A DNA stretch of 64,000 nt from Cyanobacteria bacterium P01_F01_bin.150 (GCA_039189765.1 JBCCYL010000030.1:1-64000); one strand, 5' to 3'; positions 1 to 11,804 are shown, counted from the stretch's first letter. Numbers and translations: made by a program. Notes: generated from the sequence alone by a model not told the origin.

Positions 1-599
1 ATGAACTCACCCCCCAAAGTGATATCACCGTAAGCTCCAGATTTGGCACCGATGGCGAGTTCATCATTGATCTTCAAGGAGTTGATTCTACGTCTGATCT
101 GGGTAAGCTGCCCAGCGGGGTGGTGGATGAAAGCGATCGCGTTGCCACCGGATGCCCTGCTGACAGCGGAGCCAACTTTATCGCTACCGGACGCGGTGGT
201 GTCCCCGCAGATCCAACTCAATCCCTGGTTGAAGATGTCTTTCTTCATGCCTTTGAAACTCTTCCATCAAGTTACATGGGATTAGAACGGCAACCATTTG
301 CAGATTCAAGAGCAACTAGTCAAGATTCAAACCCAGCTCTAATCGGAAACCCACCCCTAGCCCCTCCCGAGAGCGAAACTGGACCGTCCACAAGTGTTCG
401 ACGGAGTACTTCCAAAATCCAAAATCCAAAATCCAAAATCCAAAATTCTCCCCTTGAGGCTCAATCTTGGCAGTATGATGCCCAGGGACAGGTGCAGTTG
501 TGGCATCCAAGTGTAGAACTAGGCATAGAAACAAGCACTAATTACTCCCTGCCTCACGCCCTAGCCTCATCCTTTTGCCAAGGAGGTCAGAACAGATGA
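1..599 (+). CDS. C-terminal part of a filamentous-haemagglutinin-like (TpsA-type) exoprotein, 5' end outside the window
   Basis: Frame is open from the window start (ELTPQSDITVSSRFGTDG...VDESDRVATGC...FIATGRGGVPADP...EAQSWQYDAQGQVQL), the typical C-terminal motifs of cyanobacterial FHA-family proteins. It lies directly upstream of a CHAT gene, the usual context. Confidence 0.8.
   Translation, partial: ELTPQSDITVSSRFGTDGEFIIDLQGVDSTSDLGKLPSGVVDESDRVATGCPADSGANFIATGRGGVPADPTQSLVEDVFLHAFETLPSSYMGLERQPFADSRATSQDSNPALIGNPPLAPPESETGPSTSVRRSTSKIQNPKSKIQNSPLEAQSWQYDAQGQVQLWHPSVELGIETSTNYSLPHALASSFCQGGQNR
411..445 (+). repeat. Heptamer tandem repeat (TCCAAAA)x5, STRR-like, inside the coding sequence
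   Basis: Read directly; translated as SKIQNPKSKIQN. Confidence 0.95.
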
Positions 600-3430
600 A
601 GCAGACTATTTTTAGCAAATATGCCAAAACCATTTTGAGATTTGGGCCTTTCGTAGGTTGGGTTAGCGATAGCGTAACCCAACAGAATGTCTACGGCTGT
701 CGGACTTTATTCCAAACTTTATTCCAAAAAGTAAGGCCGTGGTACTGGTTTATATTGGCTGTGGCGACGTGTAGCCTGGTAGTCCTGACCGAAGGCATTA
801 GTGAGAGCTTGGATTATTCTCACAGTCTGGCCCAAGAGCCTGTCGTGGCGGAGAGTAGGGCTGATTTCGATGGTGGTGATCTAGGGATGGTAAGCAGCGC
901 CCACCCTACAGGTTGGACCAGTGTAGCAGGGGCAAATAATTCTGATGATGATTTAAGGTTGGGCAAACAGCACTATGATGCGGAGCAGTTTTCGGAGGCG
1001 ATCGCCCACTGGCAACAGGCTGCGGACCATTATGAAGCGCTGGGGCAGGATAGGGAACGGGCGATCGCTTATAACTATCTTTCCATTGGCTACCAGGCTC
1101 TAGGGAGTTGGCAATATGCCGATACAAGCATTGGCCAAGCCTTGAGTCTTATTAACGCTGAAACAAATCCCTTTCTGTATGCTCAAGTTCTTAATACCGA
1201 AGGCACACTGCAACTACAAACGGGACAGGCAGAGGCGGCATTAGCCACCTGGGAACAGGCGGAAGCCCTATATCGCCAACAGGGGGCTACCGATGCCCTG
1301 ATGCGCAATCAGATTAATCAGGCCCAAGCTCTGCGCGTATTGGGCTACTATCGTCGAGCGAATGAGCTTCTAGATTTGGTGAGTCAAGGGTTGGCGGAGC
1401 AGCCAGATTCATGGTTGAAGATTAAAGCCATGCAGAGTTTGGGCATAACCCGCCGCACCTCCGGGGATCTACAGCAGTCCCAGCAGCTATTAACCGATGC
1501 CCTGATGATGGCGGAGAGGCTAACGGATGCTCACCACACCGCTCAACCCATAGAGACAGCATCCCTCCAGCTAAGTTTGGCAAAGACGTTTATTGCGTTG
1601 GGCAATCAGGAGGAGGCACTGGCCCTGCTTCAACCGCTACGCAGCAAAAATATCTCACCCCACATTGCTATTGATGCTGCCCTGCTTGAACTAAAGATAT
1701 TGACGGATCAAAACACTGAATTAGACAAACAAGAAGCCTCCCATTCTGTCCCCGTTCATGGGTTGGTAGACCCGTTAATAGAACAACTACAGGCCCAACC
1801 CCCAAGCCGCTGGGCTATTTATGCCCAGGTTAATTTAGCCGATCGTCTTACCACTCTCCAAACCCATACGTCTGCACCATCTGCGAATTTATTTAACCAA
1901 CAGCCTCAGGCCATTGCTCGTTTACTGGCTGATGCGATCGCCCAGGCAAAAACCTTAGCAGATACCCAAGCTCAATCCTACGCCATAGGGGAATTAGGCC
2001 ATCTCTATGAAACGATGGGGCAGCAGGACGGTGCCCTGACTCTAACGCAAGATGCCTTAACCCTGGCACAAACGATTCAAGCGACGGATATGGTCGCCAA
2101 GTGGGAGTGGCAACAGGGGAGGATTCTAAAGGCACAGGGTAATAGGAGGGGGGCGATCGCCGCCTATACCAACGCAGTCAACAATCTTGAGGTCCTACAG
2201 CAAGATTTGGTGGCAATGAATCCAGAAGTGCAGTTTTCCTTTCGAGAGCAGGTGGAGCCAGTCTACCGCCAACTCATGCAATTACTTTTGGAGGATATAG
2301 ATACCCTCCCTGCTGATGCACAACAACAGCACTTGGTTCAAACCCGTTCAGTTATTGAATCCTTGCAGCTAGCTGAATTACAGAACTATTTTCGTCAAGC
2401 CTGCTTAACCTACCAAGCCCGTCCCATTGAAACCATCGACCCTCATGCCGCAATTTTGTATCCCATTCTGTTAGCGGATCGATTAGAAGTGATTGCGTCT
2501 GTGCCGAATCAGCCGTTGCAGCACTATGGGATAGATTTTCCTGTGGCAGAACAGGATACTTTCTTCGAAACATTTTCCTGGAAACTACATCCGCTCAATT
2601 CCCCTACAGACATTTTGCCCATTGCCCAAAATCTCTATGATTGGATGATTCGTCCCCTAGAGCCGAGCCTCAAACATCAATCCATTGAGACCCTTGTCTT
2701 TGTGCCCGATGGCTTTTTACGCAGTATTCCCATGAGTATTCTCCATGATGGGCAGCAGTACTTGTTAGAAAACTATCGAGTGGCGCTGACACCTGGCCTC
2801 CAGTTACTAAATTCGGAACCGCTAAATCCCAAACGCCTACAGGCCACAACAATGGGTCTTAGTGAGGCCAGGAGTGGATTTAGCGCTATTCCTGCTGTGG
2901 AACAGGAGCTGACCCAAGTCAATGAGCTGGTAAATGCCAATAGTTTTTTGAATGAGTCCTTTACCAAAGCTAATGTCTTTGACCAAGTCCAAGCCACTCC
3001 TACAGAAATCATGCATTTTGCGACCCATGGTCAATTCAGCTCTTCGGCAGAGGACACGTTTTTGGTGACGTGGGATGATCGAATTAATGTGAAAGAGCTA
3101 GACCAGTTATTGCGTCAATCTGAGAGCGATCGCCCCATTGAACTCCTGGTGCTCAGTGCCTGCGAGACCGCGAGTGGTGATAATCGGGCTGCATTAGGGA
3201 TGGCGGGGATGGCGGTTCAGTCAGGGGCCAGAAGTACGTTAGCAACCCTATGGAAGGTAGCCGATGCATCTACCGCTGAGCTAATGGGCACCTTTTATAA
3301 ACGACTGGCCCAACCTGGAACAACTCGTGCAGAAGCCTTGCGTCAAGCCCAACTGTCCTTAATTGAAGGGACAAAATACAATCATCCTTACTACTGGTCT
3401 CCATTTGTCTTAGTGGGGAATTGGCAGTGA
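597..3430 (+). CDS. TPR-repeat + CHAT (caspase-like) domain protein
   Basis: TPR-like helices, HFATHG and LSACET catalytic His/Cys motifs, C-terminal HPYYWSPFVLVGNW, hydrophobic N-terminal segment. Start uncertain (575 or 597). Confidence 0.92.
653..683 (+). repeat. GTAG-type REP-like hairpin inside the CHAT ORF
   Basis: GTAGGTTGGGTTAGCGATAGCGTAACCCAAC; near-identical to 31588-31618. Confidence 0.85.
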
Positions 3431-3557
3431 TGTTCTCCCTAGCTCTGGCCCCAATATAATATCTCCTGCCCCAGCCACTCAAAATGTCCTGTGCCTTGTG
3501 CCTTAGTTAGTTGTATGTAGCCCTTATACTGCCCCTTTTCAATGCCGTTCCCTTGCC

Positions 3558-4355
3558 GTGAACAAATTTAAAATGATTATTAGACGGACTGTTATAACTT
3601 CTTCATGGGTTAAGCTAGCGCTGAGTTTAGCCATTGTTGCCCCCACCTTAGTCTCTGTGCCTGATGCGATCGCTCAAAGTCGCCCTCCCCAGAGAGCCTC
3701 CAAGCACTCTTCATCAAATCAACCGTCCTCCAGCCAAACGACATCTAGCCGCTCCACCGCCAATCCGTCCCCTAATGCGTCTACGACCTCCGGATGGGGA
3801 AACTGGCTCCGCTTATTTCGCCCGCCCAATACGGGAGTTCCCAGTAATACAGGCAATGGCAGCTCACGGGATATATTGCGGTGTTCCTATGATGAACCGT
3901 TAATGCAGCCTATATTGCCTGCACCAGAGGATGGAGCCTATGGCTTAACGTTGAAGGCTCGTCCTGAAGTGTTTGTGGAAATTCCCCACACATCGGCCCA
4001 AGAAGCCTTACTGGTATTTCGTAACGAAGCAAATGGTGATGTGCAACGGGTCTTTTTACCAATTCCCACTGCGGAAAATGAGGCTGCAATGGTGAGTTTT
4101 CGGTTACCGGATGAGTCTCCAGGCTTGGTTGTAGGGGAAACCTATCAGTGGTCTTTAACCTTTATTTGTGGAGACTACTTCACCCTCAACGATCCGACGA
4201 TTATCGGTTGGGTTCAGCACCAGGAAAAGACCGCAGAGATAGATGAATTGTTGACGGAGCGATCGCCTCAAGCCCAAATGGAATGGCTGGGAATCAATGG
4301 CTACTGGTACGATCTGGTGGATCGACTGGCAAATGCCCCTGGCTCAAATCCCTAG
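3558..4355 (+). CDS. DUF928 domain protein
   Basis: GLTLKARPEVFV, YQWSLTFIC, GWVQ and GYWYDLV motifs; signal-peptide-like N-terminus; next to a CHAT gene. Confidence 0.85.
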   Translation: MNKFKMIIRRTVITSSWVKLALSLAIVAPTLVSVPDAIAQSRPPQRASKHSSSNQPSSSQTTSSRSTANPSPNASTTSGWGNWLRLFRPPNTGVPSNTGNGSSRDILRCSYDEPLMQPILPAPEDGAYGLTLKARPEVFVEIPHTSAQEALLVFRNEANGDVQRVFLPIPTAENEAAMVSFRLPDESPGLVVGETYQWSLTFICGDYFTLNDPTIIGWVQHQEKTAEIDELLTERSPQAQMEWLGINGYWYDLVDRLANAPGSNP

Positions 4356-7102
4356 GCTTCATCAGTCTGAAGAATCGAGTCAATATAAGCTTGATTTTCT
4401 GATCGTTCAGCTTGTTTAAAGTAAGCGATCGCAATTTTTCCCACGGCCCCATTAGACCGAGACACCTGAAGCAACCGTTGGATCACCAGCTTCAGCCTCA
4501 TCCGCTCAACCTGCCGAGCCGTTGTCACCGGTAAAGCAACCGCTGCTAGCACCATTCCCAAACCAGCCGGAACAACCGGAATCCACCAGCCCATCAGAAA
4601 CAAACCATAGGAGAGTGCCATTAGGCAAATACCACCAACGCCGACCCAAATCATCATCCGTTGGGGAGACCTCTGCCACCGTCCGGCCACTAGAATTCCA
4701 GAACCAGTCCATAGCAGAATCCAAGTGATTTCTAACGGTTCTGGCCATACGTGAAGAAGCGATCGCCCCTCTAGGGCAGCTTGCAACAACATACTAATAA
4801 CGTTGGCATGGACGGTGACCCCCGCCATATAACCGACCGATTGATCGGTGTAGGGTGTTAGCAGCACATCATTAATGGTGGATGCAGTGGACCCGATCAG
4901 GACAATGCGATCGCGCATTGCCTCTGGCGGCACATCTCCCCTTAAAACCTCACTAATAGAAAAGCTTGTAAATTGCTCTTGAGTACCCCAATAGTTCACC
5001 AACGCCTGATATCCACCAGCATCGGCACGAATATAGCCCCCATCATAGGCCCCAAGAGGTTTCAATAACGTTTTGCCAAGCTGGAGATGACTCGAATTAT
5101 GGGGTAGCGGCTGGGCAGTAATACCTTCAGCCCCCAAATACTCCAAGGCAAGCTTTAGTGGAAAGCTCAATTTCAATGTTTCAGCATCTGGCTCAATAGA
5201 CAACAACGTACGGCGAACCCGACCATCGCGATCAAACAACTGGTCGGCAAATCCAATCTGTTCAGTTTGCGCCAAGGCGGGTGGTGGGAGGATAGGAGTA
5301 CCAACCGCTTTCTCAATGCCTATGATATGGGGGGTTTGTTGAAGAAAACGCGTCAGTTCGTTATGTCCTGGCTCGACAGGTAAATCGCGATAGATATCCA
5401 GACCGATAAGCCGAGGCTGGTGTTGATCAATCTTTTGCAACGCCTGAGTGAGAATTTGATCAGGAATAGGAAACTGACCAATGGTTTGAATATCCGGTTC
5501 GTCAATAGAGACAATCACAACCCTAGAGTCCACAGGCGATACCGGTCGCCAGCGAAAGAACTGATCCAATAACCCTAATTCCCAGCCCTCTATTCCCCCT
5601 AATAATCGCACGAGGCCTACTAAGACCGACACTCCCAAGGTTAGACCCGCCAGCAGCAGTTTTCGTTGACGGAAATGGGAGATGTGCGATCGCACATCTT
5701 GGCGAGTTTGAGCCAGCAGTGCGATCGCTTCAGTTGCCGAATTTAAGGCAAATTCCGCTCGTTCCCGTTCTTCAATTTCATGGGCCAAATCACTTTCCAT
5801 GGCCTGTTGTGCAACATCTTGACTAGCAGATAAAAATCGATAATCCAGATCACCCAATCGTTTGGATTCAGCCCATGCCAACGCTTCTTTCAGGACCAAG
5901 CCCTCTAAAAGGTATTCATCCCCTTCACAGTTGCCATCGGTCCAGGCTTTAAGAGCAATGCCGTAGGGCCGCAAGTTTGCTAATTGTTCTTCTACCCATG
6001 CGGAGTTAAACACGGCCTGATAAATAGGATTAGCGATCGCAAGGTGTCCCTGTTTATCCACGACCAGTCCCGACAACCTTAGGGTAATTTGAGTTAAGCT
6101 TTCGCCTGTTGCAATGACCTCTCCATTCAGCAACTGTTGATAGAGCCCCAGCAAACCCGCAGTTAGCAGAGGATTCGCAAAGAGGCGATCGCGAATCGTT
6201 TTTAAATGCTCGGGCTGATCTTGAGCTTCCCAATTATCAATCAATTGAGTGTAAATAAGCTGGCCAACCTTAAGCGGGTGACTGTCAGCAGCCATTGTCT
6301 CCGTAGATTCGGCTGATGCTGTCCAGGTTGCGCCAATCATCTGACAAACCTTTTGAGTTAAAAAAGGTTGCCCCCCAGTCCATTCCAAGATTTCATCCAA
6401 GACGCTCTGTTTATTTGGCAACGCTTCAGGAAAACCTGTAAGTAGGGTATCGGCCTCTGGTCGCTGGAATCCATGAAGAGCGATCGCCTGGCCAATATTA
6501 AACGGTGTCGTTACCGGATCAGAGATTAAGTCGCTCGGGATCGCTACACCAATTAAAACAAAGGTCAATCGATTATATTTGGGATCATCGGCGCGATTGT
6601 TATAGCATGCTCGAATCAGGGCAAAAAAATCATCTGCTGAGAAATCTAGCTGCAGCGTGCTATCAATTTCATCAATAAACAAAATAATAGGCTGCTCAAT
6701 TTGCCCCAGTAATTCTTCATCGAAAAATTCCGCTAAACACTGTACAGGAGACAAATCCATTCGTTCAGACCACCATTGGCGAAAATTAGTGGAGAGCTTA
6801 AAGACACGAATCAATCGCCGAACGATGCTTGCATACCACTGGCTAGGCTGGAGATGTTGAGTGCCCAGCATAGTCATATCTAACACCCCGCAGCAAATCT
6901 CGTCTGCCTGCAGCCGCTGCATTGTTCGAACACGCAGACTAGATTTACCGCTTTGACGTGCATTTAAGATATAGCAAAATTGTCTACGCTGGAGAGCTTC
7001 AAATAGCTGATTATCAGCGTCTCGACACACATAGGTTGGAGCAGACGGCGGAAGACTCCCACCAACCTGATATCCATAGGGCACAAGTTCTTTTCCAGCC
7101 AT
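4352..7102 (-). CDS. AAA_35 (AAA-like) ATPase fused to a CHASE2 sensor domain
   Basis: YQVGGSL...YVCRDAD, Walker A NARQSGKSS, Walker B LFIDEID, TPFNIG, WTGGQPFLTQK; a TM segment; CHASE2 motifs (IVSIDEPDI, IGLDIYRD, GVTVHANVI); three C-terminal TM helices. Confidence 0.9.
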   Translation of the reverse strand: MAGKELVPYGYQVGGSLPPSAPTYVCRDADNQLFEALQRRQFCYILNARQSGKSSLRVRTMQRLQADEICCGVLDMTMLGTQHLQPSQWYASIVRRLIRVFKLSTNFRQWWSERMDLSPVQCLAEFFDEELLGQIEQPIILFIDEIDSTLQLDFSADDFFALIRACYNNRADDPKYNRLTFVLIGVAIPSDLISDPVTTPFNIGQAIALHGFQRPEADTLLTGFPEALPNKQSVLDEILEWTGGQPFLTQKVCQMIGATWTASAESTETMAADSHPLKVGQLIYTQLIDNWEAQDQPEHLKTIRDRLFANPLLTAGLLGLYQQLLNGEVIATGESLTQITLRLSGLVVDKQGHLAIANPIYQAVFNSAWVEEQLANLRPYGIALKAWTDGNCEGDEYLLEGLVLKEALAWAESKRLGDLDYRFLSASQDVAQQAMESDLAHEIEERERAEFALNSATEAIALLAQTRQDVRSHISHFRQRKLLLAGLTLGVSVLVGLVRLLGGIEGWELGLLDQFFRWRPVSPVDSRVVIVSIDEPDIQTIGQFPIPDQILTQALQKIDQHQPRLIGLDIYRDLPVEPGHNELTRFLQQTPHIIGIEKAVGTPILPPPALAQTEQIGFADQLFDRDGRVRRTLLSIEPDAETLKLSFPLKLALEYLGAEGITAQPLPHNSSHLQLGKTLLKPLGAYDGGYIRADAGGYQALVNYWGTQEQFTSFSISEVLRGDVPPEAMRDRIVLIGSTASTINDVLLTPYTDQSVGYMAGVTVHANVISMLLQAALEGRSLLHVWPEPLEITWILLWTGSGILVAGRWQRSPQRMMIWVGVGGICLMALSYGLFLMGWWIPVVPAGLGMVLAAVALPVTTARQVERMRLKLVIQRLLQVSRSNGAVGKIAIAYFKQAERSENQAYIDSILQTDEA

Positions 7103-7187
7103 TTTCGCCTATTGACAGGATGTTGTAGATGTAGAAAATGTTGCAACCGAATATCGATCACCTAAATTCTGCTTGCCGAATTCTGCC

Positions 7188-9323
7188 CTAAGAATGGGGT
7201 TCTCCAAACAGCACAATCGAGCAGGGCAGTTCGCGAATGAGTTTAGTGGTCACGTCGCTGACCATAAGCCCCCCCGCCGTACGGCGACGCATGGAGCGCA
7301 GAATCACCATGTCAAAACTAGACGCAATGCGTAGCAGAGCATGAGCAACGCTATCATGGGCAATGGTTTTAATCCGATCCACCCGTTTTAATCGATCGTG
7401 GACCACTACCGATTCCAGGTCTTTCTTAAACTTAGTAATTTGCTCCGATGGAGTGCGACGACCGCACACATGAATCAACGTCACCGATGCATGGTGGGCA
7501 TCGGCAAATAAATGGGCAAACCGCACAGTATGAATCGTTTTGGGCATCAGATCCCGCACTGGTACCAGGATGCGGTTAATGTCTTCGGGATCGTTGTACA
7601 GTTTCATCACGGCCACCGGGCAATGGGATGACCAGAAGACACTTTCTAGTGTATTGCCAAATAATCTTGCCCGCAGTCCAGTCGCATCCTCATTCCAGCC
7701 CATCACCACCAGATTGGCATTCTGTTCGCGAGCCGTGTGACTAATGCCCGTAGCCTCATCATCCGCAATACGAACCACTGGCTTAGACTTTACGCTGAGG
7801 GTCTGGCTAATATCGCTGGCCTCCTGCACCATAAGCTGCCGCTTCTTCAGATCGTCAATCAAGATCGGATCGTCCATATGAACATAGGAACGGGCGATCG
7901 CCAAGGGCACAATCTGTCCCCTCTCATGGTGGGCCAGCAGGACCGCAGTTTCAATCAAATGTTGGTCGGTCTGCGGATTAAACACGGGGACAACAATGGT
8001 AAAGCGATCGTTTACAGCTTTTTCCGCATTGGCCCGATGACCGTTGCCATTGTTGCCATTGTGCTCCCGCCATTTTTTGATCGCTGCTAAATCATCGTCT
8101 ACCTCCCCATCTAAAAGATCGGGAGGAGCAGCAACCGCCAGTTGACTTGCAAACTGTTTGGTGGCGATGGGACCTGCGATCGCCGTTAACAGCATCAAGA
8201 CGATAACCCCATTAAACACCGATTCGTCAATCAACCCGACTTCACGGCCAACAAGTGCCGCAGCCAAAGTTGCAGCCACCTTAGGTAAACACAGTGACCA
8301 CATGGCCAAGGTTTCATTCCAGGTGTATGGGTGCATAAGCTTGGCAACATAGGCCCCTGCAAACTTACTGAATACCACTCCCACAACAATCGCTAACGTT
8401 ATCCCTAACGATGACGTCAATGACTCTATAAACAAGGGAAGATCAACCAACAGTCCGACATGGACAAAGAAGAAAGGAATAAATAAGACACTGCCAACAA
8501 ATTCAACTTTTTCTTTAACTGGACTATTCCCCAGTACATCATTTACCGCCAATCCGGCGAGAAATGCCCCCAAAATTGCCTCTACATTAATTAGCTGTGC
8601 CCCTGCTGCTGCAAGGAATACGGCAAGAATGACAAAAATAAACTGAGTCCCTTGATCATCTCCAGTACGACGAAAGTAGAGCTTTCCGGCCCAATCTATG
8701 CCAAACAGTACCGTTGCAGCGTAAATGGCTAGGGCAAGAACTTGGGCAACCAAATTAAATAGGGAAAACTCGCCAGCATGAACAGATATGGCAATGGTGA
8801 GCAACAGCAAAGCCAGGATATCGGTAAAAATCGTTGCACCAATAGTAATTGTGATGGCCTCATTGCCCATTACCCCAAGCCGATTGACCACGGGGTACCC
8901 CAACAGCGTATGTGGGGCAAAGATGATCCCTATTAAAAAAGAGGTGTTCCATCCAAACCCAAGCAATCGGCCTACACATAGGCCTATAATCAGAGACGTC
9001 AAAAAAATAGATAGCCCGAACCCAAGGGATCGATTGCGAGTTTTGCGAAACTTGGCAAGATCAATCTCTAACCCAATCACAAACATCAGATAAATCTTAC
9101 CGATGTCCGCAAGCAGCTTCATTGTTTCGGTCTCAATATCCAGAATGGCTAAACCACTGCCGCCTAGAACGACTCCGGCAAACAGCAACCCCACCAAACC
9201 TGGCAGTTTAATCCGTTCAAATAGAGGAGGTAGCGTTAACACCACCAATAGCAAAATGGTAAGCGAAACAAACGGGCTATGGAGGGAAAGAGGCGGACTG
9301 TGTTCCACTACAGCAAGAAGCAT
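7188..9323 (-). CDS. CPA2-type cation:proton antiporter with C-terminal USP-like domains
   Basis: About 12 TM segments, GAFLAGL and FIPFFFVHVG motifs, soluble tail with two USP-like domains. Start 9323 or 9356. Confidence 0.9.
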   Translation of the reverse strand: MLLAVVEHSPPLSLHSPFVSLTILLLVVLTLPPLFERIKLPGLVGLLFAGVVLGGSGLAILDIETETMKLLADIGKIYLMFVIGLEIDLAKFRKTRNRSLGFGLSIFLTSLIIGLCVGRLLGFGWNTSFLIGIIFAPHTLLGYPVVNRLGVMGNEAITITIGATIFTDILALLLLTIAISVHAGEFSLFNLVAQVLALAIYAATVLFGIDWAGKLYFRRTGDDQGTQFIFVILAVFLAAAGAQLINVEAILGAFLAGLAVNDVLGNSPVKEKVEFVGSVLFIPFFFVHVGLLVDLPLFIESLTSSLGITLAIVVGVVFSKFAGAYVAKLMHPYTWNETLAMWSLCLPKVAATLAAALVGREVGLIDESVFNGVIVLMLLTAIAGPIATKQFASQLAVAAPPDLLDGEVDDDLAAIKKWREHNGNNGNGHRANAEKAVNDRFTIVVPVFNPQTDQHLIETAVLLAHHERGQIVPLAIARSYVHMDDPILIDDLKKRQLMVQEASDISQTLSVKSKPVVRIADDEATGISHTAREQNANLVVMGWNEDATGLRARLFGNTLESVFWSSHCPVAVMKLYNDPEDINRILVPVRDLMPKTIHTVRFAHLFADAHHASVTLIHVCGRRTPSEQITKFKKDLESVVVHDRLKRVDRIKTIAHDSVAHALLRIASSFDMVILRSMRRRTAGGLMVSDVTTKLIRELPCSIVLFGEPHS

Positions 9324-9471
9324 ATAATTCTTGACCAATCGTAAGCAGCCGTACAATAATTACGCCACTATTCTCGCGTATGGAGATGGTCACAACACTT
9401 TTCTGTTGTAAACTGCATCAAATCAGCCTAAATCTTTCCGACTGTTACAATAACCTACATTTACAGGTTTT

Positions 9472-9552
9472 AGGTATCGGCTTTAATCAAGTATTGAGGG
9501 CGCGACGCCACCCCCAATACTGTTGATCTTGTTTCGTCTCAAAACGAAACCC
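9472..9552 (+). mobile_element. 80-bp MITE-like element, copy A
   Basis: Aligns with four other copies; flanked by a perfect 8-bp direct repeat CAGGTTTT (9464-9471 and 9553-9560). Confidence 0.8.
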
Positions 9553-9565
9553 CAGGTTTTCTAAA

Positions 9566-10387
9566 CTACTGTAAAACTCCCAGAGTTTCATAAATTCCAA
9601 TCTGCTGAAGTGTATTCTGCCATACCATCATGGTTGTTAAATCTTGGGGCTGACTTCGATGCAGTTCATCCAGCATTGCGACCATGTCATACCAAATTCC
9701 GGCTTGTCCATAGCGATACACTGCTTCTAGCGCCGGAAGAGACGCCGTATTGACCAGTGATGCATCCTCAACACGCTCGATCCAGCCACTGACAAACGGA
9801 GTATCTGGCTTCAAGTCTCCGGAACATGGCACAGCAACACTCCACTTATAAAACTGCCCAATCTCCAAACGAAGAGCCTCTTCGGGAAGCTGAATGCGCA
9901 GCATCTTCGTGTTCGGCTCAAGGGGTAAAAAGGTACCATAGACGTTCTCACCCTGCTCATCCCTAATATGGAAAAAGAAAGAATGTGTAGATTCAGGGAT
10001 ATCTGATAAATACACTAGAAAAACGGGCCGCTCACTAACCGTACGTCCGTAATTAGATTTTGGCAGCACTGAGACATTACCTTGAGGCTCTGCCTGGCTT
10101 GCCTGAGGGTCCTCTGTTGGTCGGCAGGAACCTCTTGAGGCCGCGCCTCTCGTTTGGCTACCCCGTGGCAACGAATCATTTGGAGGAACAAAAATATTTT
10201 GAAGCGTAGAAGAGTCCAACCTAGCAGAGGTAGAGTTTTCTATCGCAGGTAGAGCCGACACTTCGAGAGTCAAATCGTACAGGCTAGCCCCAGCCAAACC
10301 AGAGCATAGAACCGGCAAGAGAGTTATCACCCGTCTGTTGACCCATTTCTTGCTGTGTTGAAACATCATAACTTTAGGGAGATACAA
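9566..10387 (-). CDS. DUF928 domain protein
   Basis: TRGAASRGSC, GRTVSERPVFLVY, YKWSVAVPC, GWIERV and GIWYD motifs. Start uncertain. Confidence 0.88.
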   Translation of the reverse strand: MYLPKVMMFQHSKKWVNRRVITLLPVLCSGLAGASLYDLTLEVSALPAIENSTSARLDSSTLQNIFVPPNDSLPRGSQTRGAASRGSCRPTEDPQASQAEPQGNVSVLPKSNYGRTVSERPVFLVYLSDIPESTHSFFFHIRDEQGENVYGTFLPLEPNTKMLRIQLPEEALRLEIGQFYKWSVAVPCSGDLKPDTPFVSGWIERVEDASLVNTASLPALEAVYRYGQAGIWYDMVAMLDELHRSQPQDLTTMMVWQNTLQQIGIYETLGVLQ

Positions 10388-10919
10388 CTATATGTCCGTA
10401 CTTGCTAATACAAATCTATCCCGAAAAACTACTAGTCCGCACAAGCTCTGATGAAGAATGTATCCAAATTCCATAAAACATTGCCATCCCTAAAGCTGAC
10501 TGCCCTAATGTTCCACTGGAACAAGGCAATTGGACAGGCATTAGAGAAAATTCTAGGTCACTATTGTAACATCTCTATGACGCTTCTTTGAATCACCCCC
10601 TTTTCAGATTCTTATCTGGCTGAAGGGATGCTCAAAGCCCATCTTTTTAAATGTTGGATCTTACAGTCTGGGATGTGCGAATGCAGGGGCAGGAACCACA
10701 GGTGAGGCTAAGCCTTGACGATCTCTGACATCTCTACTGTTGCCTTGAACTGTAACGTCCTTGATAAGACAACGCGATCACTATTAATATGCTAGACGCT
10801 TTTATAGATTTTGAACCACTGTCAGATTAGAAATAGAAAAATTGATAAAAGCGCGATCGCCATTCCCATCTACAGGTATCTTGGATATGTTCCGTAATCA
10901 CTTAGGACAAGAGTAGTCA

Positions 10920-11804
10920 ATGAACTTTCAGTCGGTTATCGCAACACTAAATAAATTCTGGAGCGATCGCGGTTGTCTTATCGTGCAGCCCTACGACACC
11001 GAAAAAGGGGCTGGCACCAAAAGCCCACACACTTTTCTAAGGGCTATCGGGCCTGAACCCTGGTCCGTTGCCTATGTAGAACCCTGCCGCCGACCAGGGG
11101 ATGGCCGCTATGGGGAAAACCCCAACCGAGTACAACATTACTATCAGTACCAAGTATTAATTAAACCCTCCCCAGAAAATATCCAAGATGTTTATCTCGA
11201 TTCCCTAAAAGCGTTAGGAATTAAGCCCGAAGACCATGACATTCGTTTTGTCGAAGATAATTGGGAAGATGCCGCAGTGGGTGCATGGGGCGTCGGCTGG
11301 GAAGTATGGCTTGACGGAATGGAAGTCACCCAATTCACCTATTTTCAGCAGTGTGGTGGCCTAGACTGTCGTCCCGTTTCTATCGAAATAACCTATGGCC
11401 TGGAACGTCTCACCATGTATCTTCAAGAGGTGGACTCAATTTTTGATATCCAGTGGAATGACACCACGACCTATGGCGATATTTTTCTACAGGGCGAAAT
11501 TGAAAATTCAGCGTTTAATTTTGAAGCATCCGAACCAGAAATTTTATTTTCTTTGTTTGAAACCTATGAGCAACAGGCAAAACAGCTCATGGAAAAGGAA
11601 TTGGTATTACCTGCCTATGATCATGTGCTGAAATGCTCCCATACCTTCAATCTACTGGATGCTCGTGGGGTGATTTCAGTAACGGAGCGGACCCGCTATA
11701 TTCGGCGTGTCAGTGGTTTAGCCCGAGAAGTTGCCCAGCTTTACTACACTCAGCGGGAGGCTCTGGGGTTCCCATTAATGTCAAAGAATGAGGCAGCAGC
11801 TTAA
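10920..11804 (+). CDS. glyQ: Glycine--tRNA ligase alpha subunit
   Basis: [54 protein letters not shown]. Confidence 0.98.
   Translation: MNFQSVIATLNKFWSDRGCLIVQPYDTEKGAGTKSPHTFLRAIGPEPWSVAYVEPCRRPGDGRYGENPNRVQHYYQYQVLIKPSPENIQDVYLDSLKALGIKPEDHDIRFVEDNWEDAAVGAWGVGWEVWLDGMEVTQFTYFQQCGGLDCRPVSIEITYGLERLTMYLQEVDSIFDIQWNDTTTYGDIFLQGEIENSAFNFEASEPEILFSLFETYEQQAKQLMEKELVLPAYDHVLKCSHTFNLLDARGVISVTERTRYIRRVSGLAREVAQLYYTQREALGFPLMSKNEAAA

Noticed and set aside
10388..10919. T-box riboswitch or ribozyme upstream of glyQ
   Set aside because: No T-box consensus; the CTGATGA near 10448 lacks supporting hammerhead stems.
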